From Amoebophrya sp. A120 (taxonomy: Eukaryota; Protista; Dinoflagellata): DNA of 64,000 bases. Of this stretch, positions 30,862-42,661 are shown in pieces (positions within the stretch are counted from its first letter, which is position 1; every line of letters starts with the position of its first letter). Both the position numbers and the translations under genes were made by a program. The stretch covers positions 6,242,476 to 6,306,475 of the forward strand of contig CAJINV010000002.1 of the NCBI GenBank assembly GCA_905178155.1, written 5' to 3'. The notes beneath the pieces are model-generated. The model saw nothing but the letters and a program-made list of their open reading frames with translations, searched no databases and was not told the DNA's origin.

Positions 30862-33800
30862 TCAGGGGAATAAAGGATCTTCATCGTCAAAAGGATTTTC
30901 ATCGTCATCGCTTTCGCTATCTTCGTCATCACTCGGTACCTCGTCGCCATCATCGTTTATTTCCTCTTCGGCTATACCAAATGTGAAGAAAAGCTTCTTC
31001 ACACGCTTCTTTTCGACATCAGGCTTGCCACTGTTTTCCGGCCCTTGGTCGGGTTCTTCATCGGTTGGATGGACTTCAAAATCACTTTCTCCAGCCTCGC
31101 TGCCGGTGGATGCCATGGCGTCGTTTTCGTTCAGCGCCCGTTCAACCTGGTCTGCATAGTCGTACAGGTTATCGAACGTCCGTAGAGGTTATCAAACAAC
31201 AAGAACTGCAGCCACGCGCTTGCTGCAACTGCACAAGATAATACTCCAGCTGCAAGCGCAAGTGGAATACTCAAGGATATTAAGCAATCTGAATCTTATC
31301 ATGCCCAAATCTTCTAACTATAGAGCAAATGCCTAACTTCGTAAGAACATATCGCCGCGGCCACTGCGGGGAGGGAGATCCTTCGAAGGTAGGAGGCAAA
31401 GTTAGGTACATGCTCAATCCTGCAGATCAAGTTCATACAAATTGCAAACTCCGACCGTTGTACTTACTTGTTCCTATCACGAGACCAGAGCCAGGCAACC
31501 GCGATCACTGCGTTCATTTTCTTACATCCGAGCTGACATTCGGAATTTCTTCCGAAGGAAAAAACCGCCAGAGTCGCGAAACCTCGCGCACAACACGTGA
31601 CTGCGCGGGTGATTCATCATCTTGGTCGGCCGCAATGTGAAACTCCTGCGGAGGGTCGTGGACCGGGACTTGACTATGTTGATTTACCGCCTTCCAGCGC
31701 CACGGATTTTTCGGAAGCGTGTCGCTGATCAGCCGCGGCCCGGCTGCATCATTGCTATTCGTAGCTGTCGAGAACCCCACGGCGTCCCGGTAGTACCCCA
31801 GACCCAGTTCACCTCGCTTGAACACGTACCCCAGCCTGCTTCCGTCAAACGTCTCCGCGGGTATGAAGTTGGCCTGCTCAGCTCCTTTGGCTGTCGCTTT
31901 GTTCTCGGATTCCTCTACTCGTCGCGCCTCCTTTTCGTCGAAAGCATCCGCGAGCCGGCGCCAGACGATCTCCTTGCCTAGAACGAGATCCTCCAGAGTA
32001 TAGCGGCAACCCTTCAACTGCATGCGCAACATGTACCAGACGCTATCGCTCGTGTTGAAAAAAATCTCCGGGTAGGTCAGCCGAAACCAATCGACTTTGT
32101 TCGCCGCGAGTTCGCAGCGTCGCCCCACAAGCTTGGAAAATCTGATTGAGATTTTCAGTCACAAATGTGGGAAACATGAAAATGAGAAAAAAAAACGTCG
32201 CAAACAAAAAACTGGTCGCTCTAACGCCACTCCTAAGCATAGCCATGCAGCAGTTTAAATAAACTGTAATACTCGGTTTCCTCTCTGGAGCCTCTGAATA
32301 TGCTTAGCTTACTCGGAGGAAGAACTGTTCGCGAGGGATCCAGGTGCCTATTGTCTGGTATGGCGTTGCGCCAGGGAGCTTCAACGGTCAAACGCTGCCT
32401 TGCCGCCGACCGCATCTGCTTGTCCCAGAGTTCTACCAATTCCGCGCCGGATAAGCCACATTCACCCGGCTCAATGAACATCGCCAAAGAGTTCCACTCA
32501 AACCGCACTCTGTTCCCGTTCAGCATTCTTTGCTCCTCTCCCGGCGACGCCACATCACGCCCCTTATACTTGGGAGGGGTCCGCGAACGACCCCACGACG
32601 CTGTTATTGCTCGATCCGGCAGGATGACATAGCCCGCCAATGAACGGTCCAACCAGGACGCAGCAGCAACACCATCAGAAGCAGAAGCCTTGTGCATGAC
32701 TGTATTTGACATGGAAACGCACGCATATATGCGCAGCGTTGTCTCGTGACTCATCGGAGTCTTCAGTTTCTCGTCCTTGCCTTTGCCGGCTTCCGACGAA
32801 ACCGCTGCTGGTGCAAGCGACCGAAGGGCGACTTCTTCTTCCGTGAGTCGAAGCAGCATTACTCGTCCTCCCGGTCCGTTCGGGAGGCACCGCCACCCAA
32901 ACGCGGGTAGTACGCTTCCGAGGGCAAACATATCACCCGTTCGCATCATCGCACCGTCGGCTCGGCGAAGAGTAGTAACATGAACATGGTTGCTGCTGCT
33001 ACTGAACTGATCTTGATTGTCCGTCGCTGAAGTAAAGTTGCTGCACTCGCCCGTGACGATACTTGTCGGTCCTGTTGCGTCTACTTCGCCCTCGCCCTGA
33101 CGGTGAAGTTGATCGTCCTCAGGCAACAAGTCAATTGGCCGTACGAAACTGCGGACCGTCGCGTCGTCAAGCAGCCACAAGTGCAACAGACCAACTGTTA
33201 GCAAGTTCGACACAATGAACCCACCACCGCACCTGTACAGGTCCTTCTCGCGATGGCTCCCACGACCTCTCAACTTCCTGTCCGGATCCGGAAGTTGTGG
33301 GTAGAAGTTCCTAACGTATTTCTTCTCACGTGACTGTACCAGCAAGAGGAGACCGTGCGCAAACGCAAAAATTGCTTCACACGGAATGTCCCATTGGAGA
33401 TCCAATAGGCCAGTGCTTGGCCCCGCCATGACGTCCAAGAAATTTTCTCCGTCTCGCGAAGAAGCCGACTTCAGCCCGCACCACACAGATTTGAAAACAT
33501 TCTGCAACTGCGTTTCCAAAGTTTGACGCAGGAAACTTTGCAGGACCACGTCGGCCGTCAAGATGTCTTTGCGGCCAGGAAGCGCGTTACTGTTGTACTC
33601 GTAGACGTTTATTGCTTTATCTGGGCCCCACTCCAAAACCTCCGTTTCGGAGTTGATCCCTGCCATCACCAGAACGCTCTCCATTGGCCAGATTCGCTTG
33701 ATCCCGCAACACAAATCGCCACCGAACGACCGTATCTCCACACCAAGATCGGGCAAAAGACGTCCAGGTAGAGACTCGTACTGGCCTAGAAACGCGGCGT

Positions 33801-34686
33801 GTGCAATGCCGTGAAGGTGTCCTGCCTCCAAATCGATGAATTCCGTTATTTTCCGCATGCTCTCCAGGTACGACGCCGCATTGGTGGCGCGGAACCGGGC
33901 GGCGACTCGCGTACCACTCCTGTTACCGAACACTCGCAACTCGCAAGTACCGGTGAAAGCCCGGGTCTGAGCACGCGACAGCTCCGCAAACTCCGCCACT
34001 GCTGTATCTTTCGATGGGCAAACTTTCGGACGGTTGCGATACTGTTGGTGCTTTTCGGAATAGTCATCGACTAGCTGTTGCTTCACCCGTAGTTGGGAGT
34101 CCACGACAAACTGATCCGGATGGACCCGGTAGAATTTTCCGTGTTTCTCGTCTCCGGTTGATCCTGAAGCAGCAGCCGCAGAAGATGAGCAGCTTTCCGT
34201 GCCGCTACTCTGCAGATGGGCAGAAGAGTCTGCGCCCTCCCCCACAATTTTCTGATCATTGTCGCCCGCGATTGAATTAACCTTAGGCTCAATGCCCGCT
34301 TTCTTCACAACACTGAAAACGCTTTTTTTCTTTTTTCGGCGGACACCGATCTCACCTTCGCCGAGCGGGCCGTGCAGTGCACTAACATCCTCCACGTCAT
34401 CCTCGTCACTGTCGTCTGTCACGGATTGCTCGTGGTCAGTGTACTCGTTTCTGATCGCGTTCTGCTCCTTGAACTTGTCTATGTCGAAAGGAGGAAGTTT
34501 TTCTTCCGCTCTAGATAGCAGCTCGTCGAAGGATCTCATGCGTTTCATGGCTTCGAAATTCGCGCGCGTCACAACAACGCCGCCTTCTTTTGTCATGTCA
34601 GTCGGAAATTGTCGGAGAAACGAGCCGTCCTCGGTATGATTTTTGGCCGGGACAGAAACGGCCGACGCAGCTGCCACCGGAATCAT
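30862..34686 (-). CDS. Tandem-array paralogue P2 (3 exons)
   Basis: ORFs 32233-34686, 31514-32128 and 30862-~31185 carry the same ordered motifs as P1. Confidence 0.85.
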
Positions 34687-35208
34687 GTTTCCTGCTTCTG
34701 TTTAAAGGTCCAGCGGCCGCCGGATCCACGATTCCTCACTTGTTTGTTCCCAGGACCGCTGGTGAGTTCATTTTGTCATCCTCAGTGAAGAAGAAGCACA
34801 TGTCGACGATCTACTCTCTACAAAGAGAAAGAGTTACAGTTGTTGTATCTGCCTTTATGAGTCTTCGGCCAATTTGTTCCAGATTTGCATATCGCAGATG
34901 ATACTTTCTTCGCAAAAGAAAAAAAAAGTTAGCTCTTGTTGGAACCTCAACTCGTACTTGCTTCCTGACTGAGAATACACCACATCGAGAGTCGTGGTCC
35001 GTCAACGACAACAACCAGCGGATCGCGGAGTGCGACCCGGCGTCAAGGCACAGGCGCGAAGTCAAGAAACGGAAGATAACATACGAGACGAAGAAAGAGG
35101 TGAACATGTTTGCCGACTACCGCTTTTTCTTCTTTTGACACAGATGCCATCTTTCTTTAGCAAACCCAAAACATTTGCACTTTCTTTATGGCTATGGCAA
35201 TATAGATC

Positions 35209-35393
35209 GATGTATGATTGTTCTTGTGACTGTTTCCTCGCGAAATGGAAGGCCGCCCACTCTCTGTAGCGTGGCGCCAGCCCTCCAGATATGAATCTCG
35301 AACAGGATATCACCTACAAAAGAGAAGGAGAAATAAGCTGCTATGCATGTAGTAACAATTCTCCTACCTAAAGCAACAAGTTCCTCTGCACCG
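35209..35393 (-). other. Conserved structured non-coding element, copy 2 (3' of P3)
   Basis: Near-identical to 30656-30834. Begins a few nt after the predicted P3 stop at 35399. Confidence 0.75.
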
Positions 35394-35398
35394 TCTGC

Positions 35399-38300
35399 TC
35401 AAGAAAGTCCAAACGTGGCGTAAGGGTCCGGATCCGCAAATTCGTCCGACACAAATCCGTCGCTGGAGTACGCCCCCCCGGAAAGGAACTCCTCATCATC
35501 TTCACTGTTCATACTGGCCTCGTCGCTGTGAAGCACTCTTGCCAGGTCACGCTGTTTTTTTATGCAGTCTGCAAACCTGTCGGTCATCTAGTTCTTGGGG
35601 AAATGCACATACGAATATTGCAAGCCACATACAACGTACACCGCTGGACAAGAAAAGGCTCAGTGCTAACATCAGCAAAGCGCCAGCACCAAGGGAGCTG
35701 GGACTCTTTCTTTCACGCAACACGCTGCAAGCATTATGTGTTCCGCGATCACGACGCAGTGGAGATGACAGAACAGGCATGCATCATGAGAGAGGTCTTT
35801 CTCTATCTCTCTCGACTCCACCCACACCGATTTTTCAAGTTTGCTTTTGATATGCTGCCTTCGCAGCAAGCGATTCCGCTCCTCCTCACCGCTTGCAGCT
35901 GTGGCCAGCGGATCCACAATCGTTAGTACAAACTGCAGCTTCGTCACCTTGTGCTCCACTTTTTCTGTCGCAGGAGGGTTACTATCATCTTCCCCAACAA
36001 AATTATCGCCCTCCTTTTCCGCTGAAAACTCCTCGTCATTGTAATCATCGTCCTCCTCCTCCTCGTCCAAAGCTCGTGGCTTGTTCAGCGCCTTCTCGAG
36101 CTGGTCAGCGTAGTCGAAGAAGTTGTCGTACGCCCGCAAGTCGGTCTGCAAGTCCGGGACCACCTCGGCCGGCGCAAACCGCCACTTATTGGAGACCTTC
36201 TGGATGACCCGGGTCCTGGTGGTGTCGGACGGGAGAGAGAGGGGCTGGTCTTTCATACCGGCGGGGACTTTCGATTTGCTTTTGGTATTTTCTGACACGG
36301 CAAGATTTTTTTTGCTGGACTGGGTCGCTGCTGTGTCGTCTTTCGAGGATGTACTAGGGTTTGCTCCTCCTTCTTGTTTTCTGCTAGTACTTGCGGCGGA
36401 TTTTTGTTTCTCGTTTGACGACGATGAAGCTTCGCTTTTTTGTTTTTCCTCTCCCGAATTGATTTTACTGCGCCCTTTGGAGTCAAGCACGTCGCCAGAT
36501 GAAGCAGCAGCTCCTGCTGTCCCCGGGCTCCCAGACGCCGTTTGGAACTCTTCTGGAGTAATTACCTGGATCCGCATCCAGGGGTTGCTTGCAATCGCCG
36601 CCAACGATCCTATCGGCGCGCCCGGCACGCTGATTCCCCGGGGCCAGTAGTCATCTCTGTAGTACCCGATACCTCTCTCCCCGCGCTTAAACACGTACCC
36701 CGGCCGACTCCCGTCGTGGTACTCAGAAAAAATGAAGTCGGGACGCAGAGCATCCAAAGCAGGATCGCTCATGTGCGTCACCGCGTTCCGACGGGCGTGT
36801 CCGCGCTCCTCGCCGGCCTTCTCTCGCTCGACGGCCGCGCGGTGCTCCGCAGCGTGTTCGCGGTCGAGGAAGGAGTAGACTATTTCGTCAAGGGTCGCTT
36901 CGTCATTTCCGACCGACTGTATGCCGTTTCCACCCAGTTTCTCGGTGAGAAATGCTTCCTTCACCTTCCGCGGATACTGGGCCAACCGCTCCAGTCGGGT
37001 CTGCTTCATACTGGTGTGGTGCGGGGAGAGTTGCTTTAACCCCACGAAGAAGGCCTTCATGTCCTCACAAAATCGCTTCAGCTGGTTCTCGAGCCTGCCT
37101 CCGGCATCGAAGGTCGCGGCGAGCTTCTTCAACACGCTCTCACGCCCCAGGGCGTGCACACCAAACCGGCAGCCGTTCAAAACCGTGCGGAGCAGCTGCC
37201 ACGCGCTCTCGTTCGAAAACATTCCCGGGTAGGTGAGACGAAACCAGTCGATTTTACGAATGGCGAGCTCTTTCCGCCTTTCGAGAAGCTTCGCAAACCT
37301 GAGGTGTAAAAGAAAGCAATGCGGAATAAGTCGCAATAAGTAGTCTAAATTTCGATCTTGAGTAAAAATGGTGCTCAACTCGAGAGACGCTTCACCCTAC
37401 GCAATTAATAGCGAAAAATAAACTACGATAAATCAATCCAAACTACTCTGTCAGTGCCAAGGCTGCCATGGGGTTTCCACGGGCGTGCTCTGCTCCCAGC
37501 GACCCAGCTTCCCGCGCGTCCTGCAGCTTCTCTTCCCGCATGGTTAACAGCTCTAACCCGGATTTTTCTTCGTAGTCCGCGGCGATAAACATGCCTACGC
37601 AGCTGTCCGGAAACAAGACCTGGTTGTCGGCGAGTTCGGTGTACTGCAGAGAACCCCGGTTCGTGGAGCGGCCGTACCGATACCCATAATCGTCGTAGGG
37701 GTCGTAGTAACTGGATCCGTGGGTAGGGAACGCATCCTTGGGAATCAGCACATACCCGACAATTTTGCTTTCGCTGACACTTTTGTTCGGTGTCGACGAT
37801 ATCACACTAGACGGCGCACCAGCAGTGCCACTCGCAGATGAAGCGTCACTCTTTATTCCGGCAGCCGCGACACACACGTACACGCGCAGTCCCTGTTTCT
37901 GTCCCTCACTTGCGTGACCGGCTCTGTAGGACTGCAGCCTTCTTCTTCTGTGCAAAAGTTCTTCTACTTTGCTGCGTGTGTTCGCTTTTTCCGGCACTTG
38001 TTCCACCTTCCCAGCCACATCAGAGCCCGAAGAGTCAACATTGGCGTCCGAAGTGACTCCTGTTGGCGCTGCCGCCTCCGCCAGGGACCCGGGCACGTGA
38101 TCAACTGCGGTCAAATGCAGCAACAAAGCCCGGTCCGCGCCGTACGGAACCGACCGCCAGCCGAACGCGCCTCGCAACCGGCCGAGCTTGAAAAGATCCC
38201 CAGTCTGCAGTTGCTTCAAATCCGGTTCCACGAGGCGTTTTCTCGCTTGCTTCGAACCTTTCTTCACGGCCATCAGCGGACAGGAACGGGCAGCTTCGTT

Positions 38301-41300
38301 GGCCGGAACTTGTGACGAACCGTAAGCATGATCCCTCGTGGGGAAGGACCAGACGCCGCGCACTTCGTCATAAACAGGCGGCTCCGAGGACTCTGTCTGG
38401 ATGGGCACCATCATGGCGGCAATTTTCTCGTCGCTGACCAACCCCAGCTGCAGCAAGCCCGCAGTCAGCAGCGACCCAACGACAAAGCCGCCGCCCCGGC
38501 TCCGGATGTCCTGGCGCCGGGCCTTCATATCAACTGCAAAAATGTCTGGGTCTGGAAGAATGCCAGACTTGTCCTGCAGGTTTTCCATGACCCATGAGGT
38601 CTGGTATGTAGGACAGAGCATGACAGATTCTGTGAGAGTTCTATCATGCCTATCCTGCATGAGAAACTGGCTCTCGATTAGGTCAAAAGTGGACAGCTTC
38701 TGGCGATCATGCAACACAAATTTTTACATGAGTCAGGTTTAGCATGACAAGTTGCTTTGTTCCAGACCCAGACACTTTTGCATTTGATACTCCACGTGCT
38801 TCCGCATCTCGGCCCGCCGCTGTTCCTGCGCGCGAAAGCGCTCGCGATGGTTTCTTTCCTGGTCCACAAGTGGCATGGTGGCCTCATCGCGGTGCCGCTC
38901 GGTTTTCCGGAAGGCCTTCTCTTCCTCCTCCTCGAGGGAGGTGAGTAGATCGTCGATGAAGTTGTTGACTGTTTGACGCGGGATGTCCCAGCTGGTGTCC
39001 ACGTTGTCCAAGTATGCACATGCGCTGTAGTTAACAATTCCCCTGGCCGCGCCGTAGGGCACGTCGTCCCGGGGAGTGGAGATCCCATTCGGGACCGGAA
39101 ACTCGTCCGAAAATTTAGAAACAAACGGCCGCTGGTGGCTGGAGTCAGTACTTCCTGCTGCTGCTGAGCTTGAACTAAGCGCGTTGGCGTTGTTAGTGAG
39201 CACGAAGTTGTTGTTCGCGGATGAAATAAAGTAGCTGTTTGTACTAGACCCCCCGCCGCCCGCCAGCAACGCTTCAAAAAGTTGCTTGACTTTCTTCTCT
39301 ATCAAATGTAAAAATGTCTGGGTCTGGAAAAGTGGAACTTGTAATGCGTGTCATGCATTCCTGGACAATCTGTGTTGCATGAGCAGCAAAACAGAGGCTT
39401 TCTTTGTCATGCAAAAACGCAATTTGCAATGCGTGCTAGGCATCAGCAGGCCTCTCAAAAACTTGTCATGCTTGGCTGCCATTGGAAGCGCTTCAATCAT
39501 GCGCAATTCAGCATCACAAGTTTCCACACCCAGACATTTTTACATTTGATATTCTCCAAATGCAGCCGCATGCTGTGCTGCAGCTCCACGTCTATCAAAT
39601 GTAAAAGTGTCTGAGTCTGGAAACTTGTGATGCTGGGTGGCGTCTCATGATGAGGCTACAAATGCTGGCTCAGCATGACAAGTTTCTGAGCTTCTCGGTG
39701 TTGCCTATTCTGCATGACAAACTGCGCTTCTGCATCACAGAAAAACGGAGCTCTTGGGTAACGCGCATGACAGATTTAAGAGTTATGTCAGACAAGCATG
39801 ACAAACATGAATTCTTCCAGACCCAGACATTTTTGCAGTTCATAACATCTAGCGTGAGCCGATTTTTTTCGCGAATGTTTTTCACGTAGCGGCCATCCGC
39901 GAGGTAGTAGCCCTGCGAATCGGCACGCTCACCGCGCCTGACGTGAAGTGGATCCTCTTCTACGTACTCCGCAACCGGAATTGTGCAAAAGCCGTTCGTG
40001 TGTTTCTTCTTCCCGACTTGTACACCTTCCGACGCGCTCGGAACATCATGACCGTGTAGATGCCAGAACTCCGCACTTTCGTGCGGGGCCACCTGCGCAA
40101 TGTGCAGACAGGAGTCTATGGATGTGTCAGGATTGAAATCGACAAAGTTGAAATAACTTGTAATGCAGAAAATGGATGAAAGTTGCAATCCAGTTGCCAA
40201 GTGGCGCATGACAAATTTGGGTAGAGCCGAAATCCAGTCTGTCATGCTGTTTGGGTATAGGAAGACGCTTTTTTCATGCTACTTTAGCAGCTCTATTTCT
40301 ACCCCGAAACAGGCTCACAATCTGCCCCCCTTGCCTACCCTGCAAGACAGACACTTTCTGCGTTGCATTTTATGCATGACAAACTATTTCAACTTTGACG
40401 ATTTCAAACCTGACAGTTCCATAGAGTCCCCGCCTAGCGTAGCGACCTCGACGGAAAGTTTGGGCAGGCGGGACAGCGTATCAAGTGTAAAAGTGTCTGG
40501 GTCTGGAAGATTCTGACACTTGTCATGCACGTTTTGCATGAGCCATGATGTCTGTGATGCATACCCTAGCAATACAGATTCCTTGAGGGCTTCTTGATGC
40601 CTATTCCGCATGACAAATGCCTTCTCAGCGTAGCAAAAATTGCATTCCCTTTGGTACTCATGCAATACAGATCTTTTTGGAATCCAAATGCAGCATCACA
40701 AGTTGCATTCTTCCAGACCCAGACATTTTTACATTTGATACAGCGGCGTCGTGGTGAGATGCTTTTTGTGCAAAGCAACGACCTTCAATAGCATTTCCTG
40801 GCCAATCTTCGTCAAGTCATCACGGGCCTCATACATGGCAGCATTGAACTTCCCGACCGCAGCAGGGCGTTGCACGACGTTGCGCTTCTCCGGGTAGAAA
40901 TCCATCTTTCGGATGGTGTCAATAGACTGAGAAGTTTCTTCTCTCAACCGCGCGACTTCGGCGAAGTCGGAAAGTTGTGAGACACCTGTCGCAGTTTTGC
41001 CTCCACCGGCCTGGTACAGTTTTTGCTTTTTCTCGTACTTCCGCAGCAAATCCGCAGCCCGCTGCACAGGGCCGCAGTCAAACACAAACTGGTTGCTCCT
41101 GACGCAGTGAAATTTTGGTGCAGCCTGGGCGGTAGTTTTGATGAGCGCAGTGGATTCATCTGAAGACAGTTGCGACGAGTTTTGCTCACCTGCATCGTCC
41201 GTTTTCCGCTTTTTTGAGGCTGGCCCAGTTGTGGTGGTGTCCTCATGTTGGTTCGTAGAAGTGGGGTCGCATCTAGTTATACTATCCGCACTACCTGCAG

Positions 41301-41766
41301 CATTCTTGTCGCCCGAGCTTTTTCCAGTCGAAGCCCCCGCTTCATCCGGGACAAGACCTTTATCGTCTGATGAAGCAGGTGATGGGCTTGGACGCTTGCT
41401 GCCTCCAAAACTGCCCTTCGCCCCAGGCACTGCTGTAGTCGTGGAAGTTGCTGGTTGACCGCTCTTGTTCAGTTTCAGCCCAGCTGCGGTTCTGAACTCG
41501 CTGTAGTCGAACTCCGGCAATTCCGGTTCGGCGATGTCCAATAAATCGCTGAATTTCGACAATTCTTTCCGTTCAAGGAGGCGCTTCAATTCTTCAAAAT
41601 TGCCCTCCGTGATCAGAATTCCATTTTGTTTCATGTCCGCCGGAAAGCTGCGGAGGTAGGTCGTGGAAGTGCCACTGGTGCTAGTTGCAGTGGCCTTCGC
41701 ACTACGAGTTGCAGCGAGCTCTCGTGCAGCCGCACTGCCGCTCTCATCTGCGGGGGGAAAAGTCAT
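35399..41766 (-). CDS. Tandem-array paralogue P3, interrupted by five introners
   Basis: The family motifs become contiguous once elements B-F plus one TSD each are removed (PLSRLPKLSVEVATLGGDSCLH; RLTLDVELQHSMRLHLEKKVKQLFEALL; RRQDIRSRGGGF). The last exon boundary is uncertain. Confidence 0.85.
38528..38789. mobile_element. Introner copy B (262 bp), TSD CTTCA/CTCCA
   Basis: Same TIR as copy A, and the interior is alignable to A. Confidence 0.92.
39300..39551. mobile_element. Introner copy C (252 bp), TSD TTCTC, inverted relative to A/B/F
   Basis: Same TIR. Interior aatctgtgttgcatgag is the reverse complement of ctcatgcaacacagatt in copy A. Confidence 0.92.
39593..39844. mobile_element. Introner copy D (252 bp), TSD ACGTC/ACATC
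   Basis: Same TIR. Leaves a ~36-nt exon between C and D. Confidence 0.92.
40117..40423. mobile_element. Introner copy E (307 bp), different TIR subfamily, TSD GAGTC
   Basis: 39-bp TIR tatggatgtgtcaggattgaaatcgacaaagttgaaata / tatttcaactttgacgatttcaaacctgacagttccata, with the same internal GCATGACAA motifs. Confidence 0.92.
40479..40740. mobile_element. Introner copy F (262 bp), TSD CAGCG
   Basis: Same TIR as copy A and a perfect 5-bp TSD. Confidence 0.93.
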
Positions 41767-42661
41767 GCTGATGATGCCTTCGATTCTTCCAGTTATCTAG
41801 TCGGGGAAAAAAACTAGAAATAGGTGTCGGGTGGTCACAATGGATCAGTATGCGCTTGGGGGAAAATGAGGTCGTTTTAGGAATGTAAAGCTAGATAATG
41901 AGGGACCAAATATGTTACAATTTGAAGATCATCGTTGTACATAAAAAGATAACAATACTTGAAACACATTCACACTGATTCGCCTGCACCGTCACAACCA
42001 AATGATTGTCATCTAGGACGTTGCGCGGGCTAGTCGAGGATCACGATCCTATGAAAGTGATCAAAGCCTGAAGGCTGATGATCGGAATCTCACAAAAAAC
42101 CTCTCGTATTGCAAAACAAACAATGGCTTCGCTTTTGGTGGCAGAAAAATTTACGCAGAACTCGTCCGGTAGCAGCATTGATAGTGCCAGTGCGCCATCT
42201 TGAATCATTGAACTTCGACAACAGAAAGAAAGACGATTCGGAATTTGATACACGATCAAATGAATAGATAGATACATAAGCGCTCCGCTTTTTTAGAACT
42301 TTAGCTGGTGCGCCCCGCTCCTCGCAGCTCGCACTTCTGATGGTGAGACACCGCAAAAAACGGCCAGTGCACTTCGAGCAAAAAAAATCAAACCGTCCAC
42401 ATCGATCCTGATTCTATGGACTTATGTGATCGAAGAGAACAATTGCCTCATGTTTTCAGTATGGATTGTTTTCTCAGACACGGAGCTCTCAGTGCAGCTG
42501 CGCAACAAGACTTTCTTATTGCACTAGCGCTTCGTGGACAATGTCCAGTGAAGCAGGAATGTCGTTTGCCAGTTACAGTAATGAGACAGCCGGCGGGTGA
42601 GATCAAAGGCATAGAAGTTCGGCAAAAACACATATTAGAAAGCAGCTATAGCCTTCGCTCG

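Noticed and set aside
35543-35797. GACCT direct repeat that could define another introner in the last intron of P3
   Set aside because: Lacks TAT...ATA ends and clear TIRs, and an in-frame GT-AG alternative exists; unresolved.
38528-40740. Repeated ~30-bp sequence with variable intervening DNA, superficially CRISPR-like
   Set aside because: The repeats are inverted pairs with TSDs and related interiors, there are no cas genes, and the context is eukaryotic.
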